Positions 24,332-25,229 of a stretch of DNA of 25,229 nucleotides are shown piece after piece. A program made the position numbers and the translations under genes. The stretch comes from Candidatus Saccharimonadales bacterium (lineage in GTDB: Bacteria > Patescibacteriota > Saccharimonadia > Saccharimonadales > UBA4665), in the NCBI GenBank assembly GCA_039926445.1, contig JBDSWU010000099.1, positions 1 through 25,229 of the forward strand, in the 5' to 3' direction. How positions within the stretch are numbered: position 1 is the first letter of the stretch; the number at the start of each line of letters is the position of its first letter. A model generated the notes under the pieces. That model was not told the DNA's origin and did no database searches. It was given only the letters and a program-made list of their open reading frames with translations.

Positions 24332-25229
24332 CTAGGGAGCTACAGCCTGGATTGTGACGTTAACCGACTGGGAAGATGTGGTGCTTGACGAGGTTGGTGC
24401 AGTTAACTGTAGGTCAAATCTTTGGCTTGAACTGACTGTGAGACCCAATACAAGCGACTGATAGGACGTCGTCAAGGGAACCCACGTCGGGCTTGTGTCG
24501 CAAGGGTCAGGCGAACCCGATCCGGTTTTGCAAAAACTGTGGACATACTGGTTGCTACCAGCGGTACCGGCAATTGACCAGCCGGCGCTGTCATTACCGC
24601 GTATGTTAATGTCTTCTGTGATGTTACCGTCATTGGTAGCCAGCTGAGTATCGTTTAGCGAGGAGGCGACTGTCGAGGCATTTGATCCCCCCGGGACTAT
24701 ACCGTACGTAATCGAACCGTCTGCAACTGTTACTGAAATAATGGAGGTAGTATAAGTCAGAATCACCTGTCCAGCTGCTCCAGTGCCTGACGTTCCGCCA
24801 GTGCCACCACCACCGGCGCCTCCTCCTGGAACAACTCCATTCCCACCATTTGTATTGCTGCCCCCACCTGCTCCACCGGCGCCTTGTCCGGTTCCACCAG
24901 TCCCACCATTATTAGCGACCCCTCCACCACCACCATTTGCCGTCGAAGTTGCCGATCCACCACCGCCACCACCGCCTCTTCCATTACTACTTAGGTTGCC
25001 GCCAGTTCCGCCGGAGAATTTTGTGACACCAGTGCTCGCTGTCGCGGTTCCACCAGCCCCGCCAATGCCGGCTACTGCCATAGAACCCCCTTTTGCAATG
25101 ACACTAGTTGGGGCTGCGAACGTAGTATCACCTCCGTTATTACCGGGTGTTCCGCCTGAGCCGATAGTTATTGTGTAAGAGTTACCGGGGGTTAAGCGTA
25201 ATGTATTCGAAGCATAAGCACCACCACCG
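24332..25229 (-). CDS. Glycine-rich-domain surface protein with a C-terminal beta-sandwich-like domain; 5' end lies beyond the window
   Basis: The frame stays open from 25228: GGGAYASNTLRLTPGNSYTITIGSGG...GGDTTF...AKGG, then Gly tracts ending GAAGQVILTY. A Ser/Thr-rich beta-type domain with one Cys pair follows. The track's start at 25081 is internal. Confidence 0.82.
   Translation of the reverse strand, partial: GGGAYASNTLRLTPGNSYTITIGSGGTPGNNGGDTTFAAPTSVIAKGGSMAVAGIGGAGGTATASTGVTKFSGGTGGNLSSNGRGGGGGGGSATSTANGGGGGVANNGGTGGTGQGAGGAGGGSNTNGGNGVVPGGGAGGGGTGGTSGTGAAGQVILTYTTSIISVTVADGSITYGIVPGGSNASTVASSLNDTQLATNDGNITEDINIRGNDSAGWSIAGTAGSNQYVHSFCKTGSGSPDPCDTSPTWVPLTTSYQSLVLGLTVSSSQRFDLQLTAPTSSSTTSSQSVNVTIQAVAP

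Noticed and set aside
24783-25178. 131-aa Pro-rich plus-strand ORF, and the 73-aa ORF at 24763-24984
   Set aside because: The first is the antisense shadow of GGN codons in the Gly-rich gene. The second is an off-frame product of the same repeats.
1-25229. CRISPR arrays, IS/integrase genes, tRNA/rRNA, and UGA recoding (genetic code 25)
   Set aside because: No spaced direct repeats, recombinase/transposase motifs or cloverleafs were seen. TGA terminates conserved genes at the expected lengths (tsaE, ruvA, pilM).

Overview
A compact 25-kb chromosomal window, mostly housekeeping genes, read with genetic code 11 (TGA is a stop). Gene content and style suggest a Patescibacteria/CPR genome, most likely Saccharibacteria. 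This is an inference from the short TsaB, the ComEC without a C-terminal nuclease domain, the monoderm-type pilus cluster and the xPNTG surface protein. Left (minus strand): recA-recX, a divergent PRC-barrel gene, a lamin-tail surface protein that overlaps tsaE by 116 nt, tsaE-tsaB, a beta-helix/passenger-like surface protein ending in an APNTG sorting-like signal next to a class F-like sortase, then rny, an 87-aa ORF and ymdB (partial). Middle (plus strand): a type IV pilus cluster pilB-pilC-pilA-pilM-pilN-pilO-100aa, with no pilT, pilD or pilQ in the window. Right (minus strand): a Gly-rich surface protein (partial), a GH25-like secreted protein, two membrane proteins, comEC, yebC-ruvC-ruvA-[aldo/keto reductase]-ruvB and a PH-domain membrane protein. 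I saw no mobile element, CRISPR array, rRNA or tRNA. The most notable signals: (1) the sortase/passenger-domain pair; (2) a repeated -10 box 6-7 nt before start codons that lack an SD, suggesting leaderless genes; (3) short uORFs starting near predicted transcription starts and ending just before rny and pilB; (4) the dual-coded LTD/tsaE overlap; (5) a stand-alone pilin cassette with a perfect DnaA box, a 5' hairpin and a terminator. All calls come from motif recognition by eye; no searches were run.
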